The translations under genes and the position numbers were made by a program. A stretch of 64,000 nucleotides of DNA from positions 136,349 to 200,348 of the forward strand of contig CBDESR010000002.1 of assembly GCA_965242615.1 (NCBI GenBank), in the 5' to 3' direction. The stretch is from Dehalococcoidia bacterium (GTDB lineage: Bacteria > Chloroflexota > Dehalococcoidia > Lucifugimonadales > UBA3495). How positions within the stretch are numbered: position 1 is the first letter of the stretch; each line of letters opens with the position of its first letter. The notes beneath the pieces are model-generated. The model searched no databases, was not told the origin of the DNA, and saw only the letters and a program-made list of their open reading frames with translations. This document shows positions 16,144 through 24,696 of this stretch, one piece after another.

Positions 16144-17118
16144 TCAACGGGCCCGGGGGTTAAAGGCGTCATTCACCCCATCCCCCAAAAGGCTGAAAGT
16201 GAACAGCAGCAGCACAAACACCATGGACGGGACCAAGGTTAGATGCGGGTCGCTACGCAATACCGAAATAGTGCCGTTCTCCCATATCATCACCCCGAGG
16301 CTGGGAGTCGGCGGCTGAATACCGATGCCCATCCAACTGAGAAAAATCTCAGTCCCAGCGACTGTGCCCAAACTCGCCGAAACCGACACAATGACCGGGC
16401 TGATGATATTAGGCAAAAGATGAACTCCCAGTATGCGGGAGGTGGATGAACCTACCGCGCGCGACGCCTCGATATACTGATTCTCCCGAGCCTGCAACAC
16501 CTGCCCCCGTACCAACCGCGCCATCCCGAACCAGGAAAATATGGCCAGAGCCAAGGAGATTACCAGATAGTCCACAATTCCCAAGCGCACAATCCAGTCA
16601 ATGCCTGAGGCATCCTCAAAGTTCCTTACCCATTGCAGAACTCGAGGTTTCACCGTCGCAACGATTATCAGCACCAGGAAAATATCAGGAAAGGATGAGG
16701 TTACTTCGCCAACCCGCATAATCACCCCATCCGCCCAGCGGCCGAAATAGCCGGCTATCAGACCCAAGGTGATCCCCAATATCAAAGTGCCGGTCGCCAA
16801 AGAAACGACGGTGATAATTACGGTCGTACGCAAGGCGTACATCACCCGGCTCAGCAGATCCCGCCCCAGCCGGTCAGTGCCTAATGGATGGCTCAAACTT
16901 GGCCCTTGTTTAGCTACCGACAAGTCTTGGTCGTCGTAGCCGTAGGGGGAAACTACGGGGGCAAAGACGCCTGACCCGTACATCAGGACGATAATGACCA
17001 GACAAGCCATTGCCAACTTTTTCCGGGACAACCGCCGCATCGAAAGATACAGGTAACCCCGGGAGCGGCGGGACTGCTCCGGTAGAGCAAGCCGTTGCTC
17101 ATCCTGCAATGTAATCAC
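16144..17118 (-). CDS. ABC transporter permease (peptide/nickel type, DppC/OppC-like)
   Basis: 324-aa polytopic protein. The EAA-loop region reads YIEASRAVGSSTSRILGVHLLPN. Overlaps the upstream permease by 20 nt. Confidence 0.85.
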   Translation of the reverse strand: MITLQDEQRLALPEQSRRSRGYLYLSMRRLSRKKLAMACLVIIVLMYGSGVFAPVVSPYGYDDQDLSVAKQGPSLSHPLGTDRLGRDLLSRVMYALRTTVIITVVSLATGTLILGITLGLIAGYFGRWADGVIMRVGEVTSSFPDIFLVLIIVATVKPRVLQWVRNFEDASGIDWIVRLGIVDYLVISLALAIFSWFGMARLVRGQVLQARENQYIEASRAVGSSTSRILGVHLLPNIISPVIVSVSASLGTVAGTEIFLSWMGIGIQPPTPSLGVMIWENGTISVLRSDPHLTLVPSMVFVLLLFTFSLLGDGVNDAFNPRAR

Positions 17119-18046
17119 CTCCCAATCGAATGCGCGGGTCCAGCACCGGGTAAATCAAATCCACTACCAGATTCGCCAGCACGAACATGGTAGTTGCCAA
17201 TAAAGTAACTGCCATGATTATGGGGTAATCTCGCGCAAAAAGGGACTCCACGGTTAATCGACCTACTCCGGGGATACCGAAGTAAAGCTCTATTACCAGT
17301 GAGCCGCCGAATAGCCCCGCTAGAGAAAATCCCAACGTAGTTGCTACTGGAATAAGAGAGTTCCGCAGGATGTGCCGCACCCGCACCAACCGCTCCGGCA
17401 GCCCCTTAGCCCGGGCCGTGCGGATGTAATCTTGTCCAATGCAATCCAAGGTGCTGGCACGGGTCAGTCGTGCCAGTCCAGCAACAGCAGGGATACCCAA
17501 CAGAAAAGCCGGCATAATGGTAGTGGTCGAAAAGAACCCGTCCCAGCCGTGGCTGGGCAGCCAGCCCAAGCGTAGGGAAAAGATATACAAGGCAATGGGG
17601 ATGGTCAGAAACAAGTGCATGGACTGACCGACTAGGGCCAGAGAAACGGTTGCGCTGTCCCACCAAGAACCTTGTCGCAAAGCCGCAAAGAGCCCGGCAG
17701 GAATTCCTATACTCATCGCAATAATAAAAGCCGCCAGGTTCAACTGAGCCGAGACCCAAATGCGGTTTTTCAGCAATTCAGTTACGCTGCGGCCCCGGTA
17801 CTGGTAGCTCTCCCCGAAGTCCCCCCGCAAGACATTCCCCAAGTAGCGGACATACTGGGTGGCAATGTCGTCATCCAGCCCCTGCACGGCCCGAATCCGC
17901 TGGGCCACTTCCTCGCTGAAGTGCTGCCCCAGCAGGATTTCCACCGGGTCGCCCGGCCCAAAGCGGCCCAAGGCAAAGGTAACAAAGGTCGTAATCAGCA
18001 ACAGAACCGGCACCCACAGCAGCCGGCGCGCAATGTAAGTACCCAC
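17099..18046 (-). CDS. ABC transporter permease (DppB/OppB-like)
   Basis: 315 aa. Typical N-terminus MGTYIARRLLWVPVLLLITTFVTFAL and EAA region DYIRTARAKGLPERLVRVRHILRNSL. Confidence 0.87.
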   Translation of the reverse strand: MGTYIARRLLWVPVLLLITTFVTFALGRFGPGDPVEILLGQHFSEEVAQRIRAVQGLDDDIATQYVRYLGNVLRGDFGESYQYRGRSVTELLKNRIWVSAQLNLAAFIIAMSIGIPAGLFAALRQGSWWDSATVSLALVGQSMHLFLTIPIALYIFSLRLGWLPSHGWDGFFSTTTIMPAFLLGIPAVAGLARLTRASTLDCIGQDYIRTARAKGLPERLVRVRHILRNSLIPVATTLGFSLAGLFGGSLVIELYFGIPGVGRLTVESLFARDYPIIMAVTLLATTMFVLANLVVDLIYPVLDPRIRLGGDYIAG

Positions 18047-18076
18047 GCTTTGCTCCCCTTGCCCCGGGCCGCTTGG

Positions 18077-19939
18077 CTACCCCTGCTCCATCCAGATGTA
18101 GCGGAACTTGGGTATCGTCATCGGCAGCAGCAGGTAATCGTGGACTTGGGGCTTGACCAGGAAGTACCAATCCTCATCGTTCCACAGCAGCACCCAAGGG
18201 GCATCCTCCAGGATCTGCCGCTCGATGTCCTGGTACATTTGCAGGCGGGTCGCCGGATCCCGTTCTACCGCCGCTTGCTCCAACTGGGCGTCCACTTGCG
18301 GATTGCTGTAGCTGGTGTTGTTGCCCTCGCTGTCGCTGTGGAACAGGATGTCCAGGAAGTTCTGCGGGTCGGGATAGTCCGCCCCCCAAGCAATGGAAAA
18401 CATCTGAAGTCGTTTCTGGTTCACATCCTGCAGGAAAGTAGCCCATTCCGTTTGCTGAATTTCCACCGGCAAGCCCAACTCCTCCTGCCAGGAATTGAGG
18501 ATTACCTCCAAGCCCAAAGGCACCGCCGCCCCGAAACTGCCGGTGATGCTCAAAGTCATCCGCGGCAGGTTGTCCAAGTCATCCCCGTACTTGGATTGGC
18601 CCAGCAGTTCCCGGGCCAAATCCGGGTTATAGGGGTAGGGATCCAGGTCCGGGTTGTAGCCCGGAAAGCCCGGCGGCAGGATGGTCTTGGCCGGCCGCAC
18701 CGCCCCCTCGTAGGCGATTTCCGCAATGCTCGCCCGGTCGATGGCCAAGTTCAACGCCTTGCGGAAGTTGGCATCGTCCAGCGGCGGCTCGTTCACATTC
18801 AACCCGATGTAACTGACGCTGAACCGGGCCGGATAGGGTTTCACCTGGGCGTTCAAGGGACTGGTCGGATCCAACACCCGCTCCAAGTCGGGCAAGCCCA
18901 CGCCGGTCACATCAATTTCATCATTCTCATAGAGAATCATCCGCGACCCGCCGCTGAGAATCATCTCCACTTCGTCCAGATGCGGCGGCCCCAAGTGATA
19001 GTATTCGTTGCGCGCCAGCCGCAGGGTCTCGCCGACCGTATACTCGGCCAAGCGGAACGGCCCGGTGCCGTTAGGTTCCTGAATCCAATCCTCGCCGCCC
19101 TCGACATTGGACTGGTCGAGGACAAAACTGGTGGGATAAGTCAGCTTGGACAGGAAATAGGCTTTGGGGGCGTCAACAGTAAGGGCTACGGTGCGGTCGT
19201 CAATGACCCGCACGCCGGAAACTTCGCTGACGGCCCCACTAAGCTTGTCGGAAACGCCAACAATGTCGCTGAGGTACTGATCCACCACCGGGGAAAGGGT
19301 ATCCGGGTCGGCTACCCGCTCCAGAGACCATTTCACATCCTGAGCCGTAACCGCCTTGCCATCGTGGAACCGGGCTTCCGGGCGCAGGTAAAAGGTGTAG
19401 GTAGTCCCATCCTCGCTGATTTCCCAGCGTTCCGCCAAATCCAGCGCCACCGAAAAGTTGAACGGCTCAATAGTTACCAGCCCGCCGAACACTTCGTTGA
19501 CCAGCAAGCCGGAGCGGCTGTCCTCCGCCAAGTGCGGATCCAAAGTCGGCGGGTCGGCAAAGAGCAACCGCAAAGTGCCGCCATCGGTAGCCGTGCCGTT
19601 GCCGCTGTTAGCCGGCCGGGTGCCGGGAACAAAATCACCACCGCCGCCATTGCCGCCGGACGCCGCCGGGGCGGCAGTCGCTACCGCTTCCCTAGGCGCA
19701 ACCGTCATCGCCGGAACCGCCGTAGGCACCGCCTCGATGGCCGGAGCCGCCGCGCCCGGCGTACCCGAAACAGAGCCGCCGCCGGCCGCGCCATCAGTAA
19801 CCGCCGGTGCCGCAACAGTGGCCGCGGCGGGCGCCCTTTCAACGACTTCCGCCGCCGGCGCCACCGCCGGAGTATTCCCGCTGCACCCCGCCAGGAAAAG
19901 AGCCACCAAGGCCGGGAGTATCAGAGCTTTCCAACCCAT
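18077..19939 (-). CDS. ABC transporter substrate-binding lipoprotein (family 5, peptide/nickel)
   Basis: ORF 18077..20005. I prefer ATG 19939 (SD GGAAGG), giving MGWKALILPALVALFLAGCSGN with lipobox LAGC. A long Ala/Gly/Pro/Thr-rich linker is followed by an SBP family-5 body (...FADPPTLDPH..., ...RNEYYH...). Confidence 0.85.
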   Translation of the reverse strand: MGWKALILPALVALFLAGCSGNTPAVAPAAEVVERAPAAATVAAPAVTDGAAGGGSVSGTPGAAAPAIEAVPTAVPAMTVAPREAVATAAPAASGGNGGGGDFVPGTRPANSGNGTATDGGTLRLLFADPPTLDPHLAEDSRSGLLVNEVFGGLVTIEPFNFSVALDLAERWEISEDGTTYTFYLRPEARFHDGKAVTAQDVKWSLERVADPDTLSPVVDQYLSDIVGVSDKLSGAVSEVSGVRVIDDRTVALTVDAPKAYFLSKLTYPTSFVLDQSNVEGGEDWIQEPNGTGPFRLAEYTVGETLRLARNEYYHLGPPHLDEVEMILSGGSRMILYENDEIDVTGVGLPDLERVLDPTSPLNAQVKPYPARFSVSYIGLNVNEPPLDDANFRKALNLAIDRASIAEIAYEGAVRPAKTILPPGFPGYNPDLDPYPYNPDLARELLGQSKYGDDLDNLPRMTLSITGSFGAAVPLGLEVILNSWQEELGLPVEIQQTEWATFLQDVNQKRLQMFSIAWGADYPDPQNFLDILFHSDSEGNNTSYSNPQVDAQLEQAAVERDPATRLQMYQDIERQILEDAPWVLLWNDEDWYFLVKPQVHDYLLLPMTIPKFRYIWMEQG

Positions 19940-20222
19940 AAACAACCTTCCAGTCAAAATCAGGAAATGGATAACGTATAATGAATAGGGTTCCTGTCCC
20001 CCCAAGAACGGTCAACTTACGGTTCCGGACCATCTACATCAACTTACCCCCGGCATTATAGTAGCTGCCCCCGTTGATAGCAACTTTTATAAGGGAACTA
20101 TATGCCCTGCTACCGGACAACTTGAAACTTCGCTTTTGCGGTTAAGCCGGCAAAGCCTATGGGAAATAGTATATAATTCCCTAACTAAAGGATACCCCAT
20201 CCACCATACCGGAGGCGCCGCT

Positions 20223-20723
20223 ATGACCTACAAACCCCAATACTTGGGCCATGTGAACCTTTTTGTCCGCAACGCGGAACGCTCCCAGCAGTGGTACGCC
20301 GATGTGCTGGGCCTCCATACCTACGACTTTATGCCCGGCCGCGCCGCCTTTATGTCCGCGGACCTTGAGCAGTCCCACGAAATCGCCCTCATCGAAGTCG
20401 GCCCGGACGCCCCCGGCCTCCAGACCCGTCAGGTGGGGCTGAACCACATGGCGTGGATGATGGGCAGCCTCGACGACCTCAAGGAGTTCTACCACCGCCT
20501 CCAGGCAAAGAACATCCCCATCGACCACATCTCCGACCACGGCATTTCCATCGGCATCTACTTTCACGACCCGGACGGCAACGGCATCGAAGTTTCCTAC
20601 GAACTCCCCCGCAGCCAGTGGCCTCGGCAGGAAAACATCTTTATGGGCGAAGGCCGGCTGAAAGGCCAGTTCCCCGGCCCTTGGGACAATGAGCCGGCCG
20701 CTCAACCGGCCGCCGCCCGTTAG
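20223..20723 (+). CDS. VOC family protein (glyoxalase/extradiol dioxygenase fold)
   Basis: ORF 20136..20723. I prefer ATG 20223 after GGAGG. HVNLFVRNAERSQQWYADVLGL...HMAWMM...GISIGIYFHDPDGNGIEV is the typical paired beta-alpha-beta-beta-beta module pattern. Confidence 0.75.
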   Translation: MTYKPQYLGHVNLFVRNAERSQQWYADVLGLHTYDFMPGRAAFMSADLEQSHEIALIEVGPDAPGLQTRQVGLNHMAWMMGSLDDLKEFYHRLQAKNIPIDHISDHGISIGIYFHDPDGNGIEVSYELPRSQWPRQENIFMGEGRLKGQFPGPWDNEPAAQPAAAR

Positions 20724-20866
20724 CCCCTTCTTTACCCTATGGAGAAACCGCATTTGGCGGCGTTTCCCCATCCTTCCCAAACCGCCAACCTTCCCGCCTT
20801 TGTCCCCTGCCCTTTTTCCCTTTATAATGATGGGTAAATCGAGACCCGGAACGCAGGAGGGATACT

Positions 20867-22270
20867 ATGCCCAACCCGGACGACATTGCTTTAATGGCGC
20901 ACCTGATGCGGCGCGCCGGCTTCGGCGCGCCCCGCGCCGAACTGGAGCAGCGCGCCGCCAAAGGCTACGCGGCCACCGTCGAGGAACTCCTCAATCCCGG
21001 CCCGGAACCCGGCATCGACGAGGATGAACTGGTCCGCTACTTTCCCCAATTCGAGAGTTCCCTGGCCCCGGTAGCCGCCCAGACCGAGTGGGTCTATCGG
21101 ATGATTAACACCCGTTGGCCCTTGCAGGAAAAGATGGCGCTGTTCTGGCATCAGCTTTTCGCCACCGGCAACTCCAAAGTGGACAACCCGCCGGAACTCT
21201 CCGCCCAAATCGCGATGTTCCGCCGGGAGGGGCTGACTACCTTTCCCAACCTGCTGGTGCAGTTGGCGCAAAGCCCGGCGATGATTTACTGGCTGGACAA
21301 CAACGGCAATCACTACGGCTCCATCAACGAAAACTGGGGACGGGAACTGCTCGAGTTGTTCAGTATGGGCGTCGGCCACTACTCCGAGGATGACATCAAA
21401 GAGGCTTCCCGCGCCTTTACCGGCTGGACGATCGGCCCCAAGCCGCCCCGTCAGCCCTTGGGCCGCTTCTACTGGAGCTTCGACTTCATCCCCAGCGACC
21501 ACGACTACGGCGAAAAGCATTTCCTCGGCCACACCGGCCACTTCGACGGCGGCGACATCATCGACATTATCGTCCAGCAAGAGGATACCGCCCGTTTCCT
21601 GGCCCGCCATCTTTACAACTTCTTTGTGGCCGATGAACCGCAGGTGCCGGCGTGGAACATTACGCCGCCCAATGACCCGGATGCCATTGACCACTTGGTC
21701 CAGGCGTATCTGGACTCCGGAGCAGACATCAAAGCCATCCTGCGGGCGTTGTTCAACTCCGACTTTTTCCAGGCGGCCCGCTTTGCCCATATCAAAAGCC
21801 CGGCGGAACTGGTGGTTGGCACGGCGCGCTTGGCCGGCAATTATAACGCCCCGCGCACCGGCTTTACGGCGCTGGCTTTCGAGTGCAACTGGCAAGGGCA
21901 GGAACTGATGAACCCGCCCAGCGTGGAAAGTTGGCACACCGGCGCCGAATGGATTGACGGCGGCGCGCTGGTGCGCCGGGTCAACTTCGCCGCCAAACTG
22001 CTCTCCGACACTTCCCTCCCCGGCGTCCAAGCCATCCTTGCCGGGCTGAAAGAACGCGGCGCCCTTTCCCCCGCCGAGTTTGTCCGCGCTTGCCTCGACT
22101 TGGCTGGCCCGGTGCAAGTGGACGCTGGCACTTTCGACGAACTGCTGGCCCAAGCTCAGCAAGGCGGCGATCTTGCTTGGGATACCGATGAACAAGCCCA
22201 AGAATCCGCGCGGCGGGCCGGCGCAATGCTGGCGATGATTGCCGCCACCCGGGAGTATCAATTCGCCTGA
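20867..22270 (+). CDS. DUF1800 family protein
   Basis: 467 aa. LMRRAGFGAP...LFWHQLFATGNSKV...MIYWLDNNGN... matches my recollection of DUF1800. Paired with a DUF1501 gene downstream, as is usual for this family. Confidence 0.7.
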   Translation: MPNPDDIALMAHLMRRAGFGAPRAELEQRAAKGYAATVEELLNPGPEPGIDEDELVRYFPQFESSLAPVAAQTEWVYRMINTRWPLQEKMALFWHQLFATGNSKVDNPPELSAQIAMFRREGLTTFPNLLVQLAQSPAMIYWLDNNGNHYGSINENWGRELLELFSMGVGHYSEDDIKEASRAFTGWTIGPKPPRQPLGRFYWSFDFIPSDHDYGEKHFLGHTGHFDGGDIIDIIVQQEDTARFLARHLYNFFVADEPQVPAWNITPPNDPDAIDHLVQAYLDSGADIKAILRALFNSDFFQAARFAHIKSPAELVVGTARLAGNYNAPRTGFTALAFECNWQGQELMNPPSVESWHTGAEWIDGGALVRRVNFAAKLLSDTSLPGVQAILAGLKERGALSPAEFVRACLDLAGPVQVDAGTFDELLAQAQQGGDLAWDTDEQAQESARRAGAMLAMIAATREYQFA

Positions 22271-22357
22271 TTGCCCTGAACCCTTGAACCACAACCGGGG
22301 ATTAACCTCCTTTCGGATTAGTCCCCGGCCCATGCAGTCATAAAGGAGGACAACCTG

Positions 22358-23494
22358 ATGGTAGCTACCGGAAAAGACCCGGCGCTGGTAGTTTTGCAGC
22401 TCTCCGGCGCCAACGACTACCTCAACACGGTGATACCGTTCACCGACCCGCTCTATCGGGATTACCGCCCCAACTTGGGCATCCCGGAGAGGGACATCAT
22501 CCAGTTCACCGACGACCTCGGCTTTCATCCCAGTATGGGCCCGGTCAAAGACCTGTGGGAACAGGGCAACCTCGCCATCATCCACGGCATCGGCTACGAA
22601 AACTCCTCCCGTTCCCACTTCCGTTCGATGGACATCTGGCACACCTGCGAGCCGGATACGGTTGGCACCGAGGGCTGGTTGGGCCGGGTCATCCGCGACC
22701 TGGATCCCGCCGGTGAAAATGTCCTCAAGGGCGTCAACTTCGGCCAGGGTTTGCCCCGGGCCATGGCCCTGCGCGGCGTGCCGGTTACTTCCGTCTCCGA
22801 CCTGGCTTCCTACGGCGTCCTTACCGATGTTCCGTCCATCAGCGACGCGGCGGAACGGGAGCGAATGCTGGAACTCTTTTCCCGCGTCTATTCCCCGGCT
22901 ATCGGCAGCGGCCCGGTGATGGACTACTTGGGGCAGACCGGGCGGGATGCCCTCAAGGGCGCGGACATCATCAAAACCGCCCCGGAACGGTATTCGTCGC
23001 CGGTGGAGTATGCCGACAATCCCATCGCCAAAAGCCTGCGGAGCGTAGCGCAGGTTCACCTGGCAAACTTGGGAACGCAGGTTTTCTATACCCAGTACGG
23101 CAGCTTCGATACCCATTTTAACCAGCTGCCCACCCACGCCAAGCTGTGGACCGATGTGGCCGGGGCCATCAGCGACTTCTTTGACGACCTGCGGGAGCAT
23201 AACGCCGCCGACAATGTAACAATGCTCGTCTTTACCGAGTTCGGGCGGCGGGTGCAGGATAACGGCACCGGCTGCGACCACGGCCGCGGCGGCGTAGCCT
23301 TTGCCATCGGCGACCGGGTCAAGGGCGGTATGTACGGCCAATATCCTTCCCTGAAAGCCGCGGATTTGATTGAGGGCGACTTGGCCCCCGATTACGATTT
23401 CCGCGGCTTTTACTCCACCTTTGCCGAGCGGTGGCTGGGCCTCGACGCCAAGCCCATCGTCGGCGGCCAGTTCGAGCAACTGGACTTCCTGTAG
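22358..23494 (+). CDS. DUF1501 family (sulfatase-fold-like) protein
   Basis: 378 aa. VLQLSGANDYLN...RSHFRSMDIWHT...GSFDTH...DHGRGG is the DUF1501 pattern. SD AAAGGAGGA. Confidence 0.7.
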   Translation: MVATGKDPALVVLQLSGANDYLNTVIPFTDPLYRDYRPNLGIPERDIIQFTDDLGFHPSMGPVKDLWEQGNLAIIHGIGYENSSRSHFRSMDIWHTCEPDTVGTEGWLGRVIRDLDPAGENVLKGVNFGQGLPRAMALRGVPVTSVSDLASYGVLTDVPSISDAAERERMLELFSRVYSPAIGSGPVMDYLGQTGRDALKGADIIKTAPERYSSPVEYADNPIAKSLRSVAQVHLANLGTQVFYTQYGSFDTHFNQLPTHAKLWTDVAGAISDFFDDLREHNAADNVTMLVFTEFGRRVQDNGTGCDHGRGGVAFAIGDRVKGGMYGQYPSLKAADLIEGDLAPDYDFRGFYSTFAERWLGLDAKPIVGGQFEQLDFL

Positions 23495-23538
23495 GCCGCC
23501 GGCTATTCCCGTTCCACCGGAGCCCTGCCAATAAATAC

Positions 23539-23566
23539 CGTCATTCCCGCGCCGGCGCGGGAATGA
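23539..23566. repeat. Perfect 28-bp palindrome (14-bp arms, no loop)
   Basis: GTCATTCCCGCGCC|GGCGCGGGAATGAC lies 45 nt after the DUF1501 stop. Possibly a terminator-like or REP-like hairpin, but there is no U-run. Confidence 0.5.
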
Positions 23567-23626
23567 CGGTAGCCGTACAATCCATTAGCCCATCAATCCA
23601 ACCAATCCAGCAAAGGAGACCGCGCA

Positions 23627-24625
23627 ATGCTGACCACTATCGCCGCTGGGCGGGTGTTTGACTTCAGCCATTGTATCGGGATGTATTCCACTTCCGGCGT
23701 CGGCTTTCTGGTTCCCCAAGACTTTGCCCTCGGCGCTGGGGATACCCTTTATGTGCTGAACCGGGGCGTCGACGAACTGACCCTCCGCATCAGCAAGTGC
23801 CGGCTGAACCACGAATTCATCGCCGACATCGGCCGCTACGGCACGGGGGACGGGCAATTTGTCTGGCCCACTGCGCTGGCACTGGACACGGCCGGCAATA
23901 TCTATGTGGCTGACGAAAACCTGCACCGCATCACGGTTATGGACGCTGACGGACAGTTTCTCCACAAGTGGGGCATCCCGGGCAGTGAATTGGGGCAGCT
24001 GCAAGGCCCTTCGGGGCTGGCTTTTGACCAAGAGGATAACCTGCTGGTCGTGGACAGCCTGAATAACCGGGTGCAGCGGTTCACCAAAGACGGGCAGTTT
24101 ATCGCCGCTTGGGGCAGTTACGGCAGCGGGCCGGGGCAGTTCAACAAACCCTGGGGGATCTGCCTTGACCGGCACGGGGCGGTATATGTCGCCGACTGGA
24201 AAAATGACCGGGCGCAAAAGTTCTCCCCGCAGGGTGAGTTTCTAGCCCAATTCGGCGGCACCGCCGAGGGCGTGGGCGCGTTGCGCCGACCGACCGGCGT
24301 TGCGGTAGATTCCGATGGGGATGTGTATGTGGCTGATTGGGGCAACCATCAGGTCAAAATCTACGAACCGGATGGCAAGTTTATCGCCGCCTTGGTAGGG
24401 GACGCCGAACAGCCCTCCCCTTGGGCGCAGGATTACATTGACGCCAACCCGGATGTCGCCAAAGCCCGGCGGCGGACCAATATGGAAGTGGAATGGCGGT
24501 TCAACCGGCCGATTGCGGTAAAGGTTGACGCCCAAGACCGGCTGTTTGTGGCCGAGGCGGTGCGCCACCGCATCCAGATTTACACCAAGGAAAGGAACTA
24601 CGCCGAGGCGGCGTTGAACCTGTAA
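23627..24625 (+). CDS. NHL-repeat beta-propeller protein
   Basis: 332 aa with about six repeats of the pattern G-x-G-x-GQF-x-x-P-x-G-[IL]-A-x-D-x-x-G-x-[IV]YVAD-x-x-N-x-R-[IV]-Q-x-F. Confidence 0.8.
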   Translation: MLTTIAAGRVFDFSHCIGMYSTSGVGFLVPQDFALGAGDTLYVLNRGVDELTLRISKCRLNHEFIADIGRYGTGDGQFVWPTALALDTAGNIYVADENLHRITVMDADGQFLHKWGIPGSELGQLQGPSGLAFDQEDNLLVVDSLNNRVQRFTKDGQFIAAWGSYGSGPGQFNKPWGICLDRHGAVYVADWKNDRAQKFSPQGEFLAQFGGTAEGVGALRRPTGVAVDSDGDVYVADWGNHQVKIYEPDGKFIAALVGDAEQPSPWAQDYIDANPDVAKARRRTNMEVEWRFNRPIAVKVDAQDRLFVAEAVRHRIQIYTKERNYAEAALNL

Positions 24626-24633
24626 AATCAGTG

Positions 24634-24655
24634 CTGTCTCTCTTCGGAGAGACAG
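24634..24655. terminator. Bidirectional terminator hairpin between convergent genes
   Basis: CTGTCTCTC-TTCG-GAGAGACAG is a perfect 9-bp stem with a TTCG tetraloop, followed by TTCATTT. Lies between the NHL gene stop (24625) and the S9 peptidase stop (24697). Confidence 0.65.
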
Positions 24656-24696
24656 TTCATTTAGAAACTGTGAAATGGGCCCCGGCTATCACGGCC

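Noticed and set aside
17672-19981. 769-aa plus-strand ORF opposite the ABC substrate-binding protein gene
   Set aside because: The translation is Arg/Pro/Gln/His-rich low-information sequence. The opposite strand encodes a clear family-5 SBP with a lipobox. Shadow ORF.
20891-23479. 862-aa minus-strand ORF spanning the DUF1800/DUF1501 region
   Set aside because: It is antisense to two plus-strand genes that have recognisable family signatures and good Shine-Dalgarno sequences. Its translation is Gly/Ala/Arg/Val/Pro-rich with no motif. It is a typical shadow ORF of high-GC DNA.
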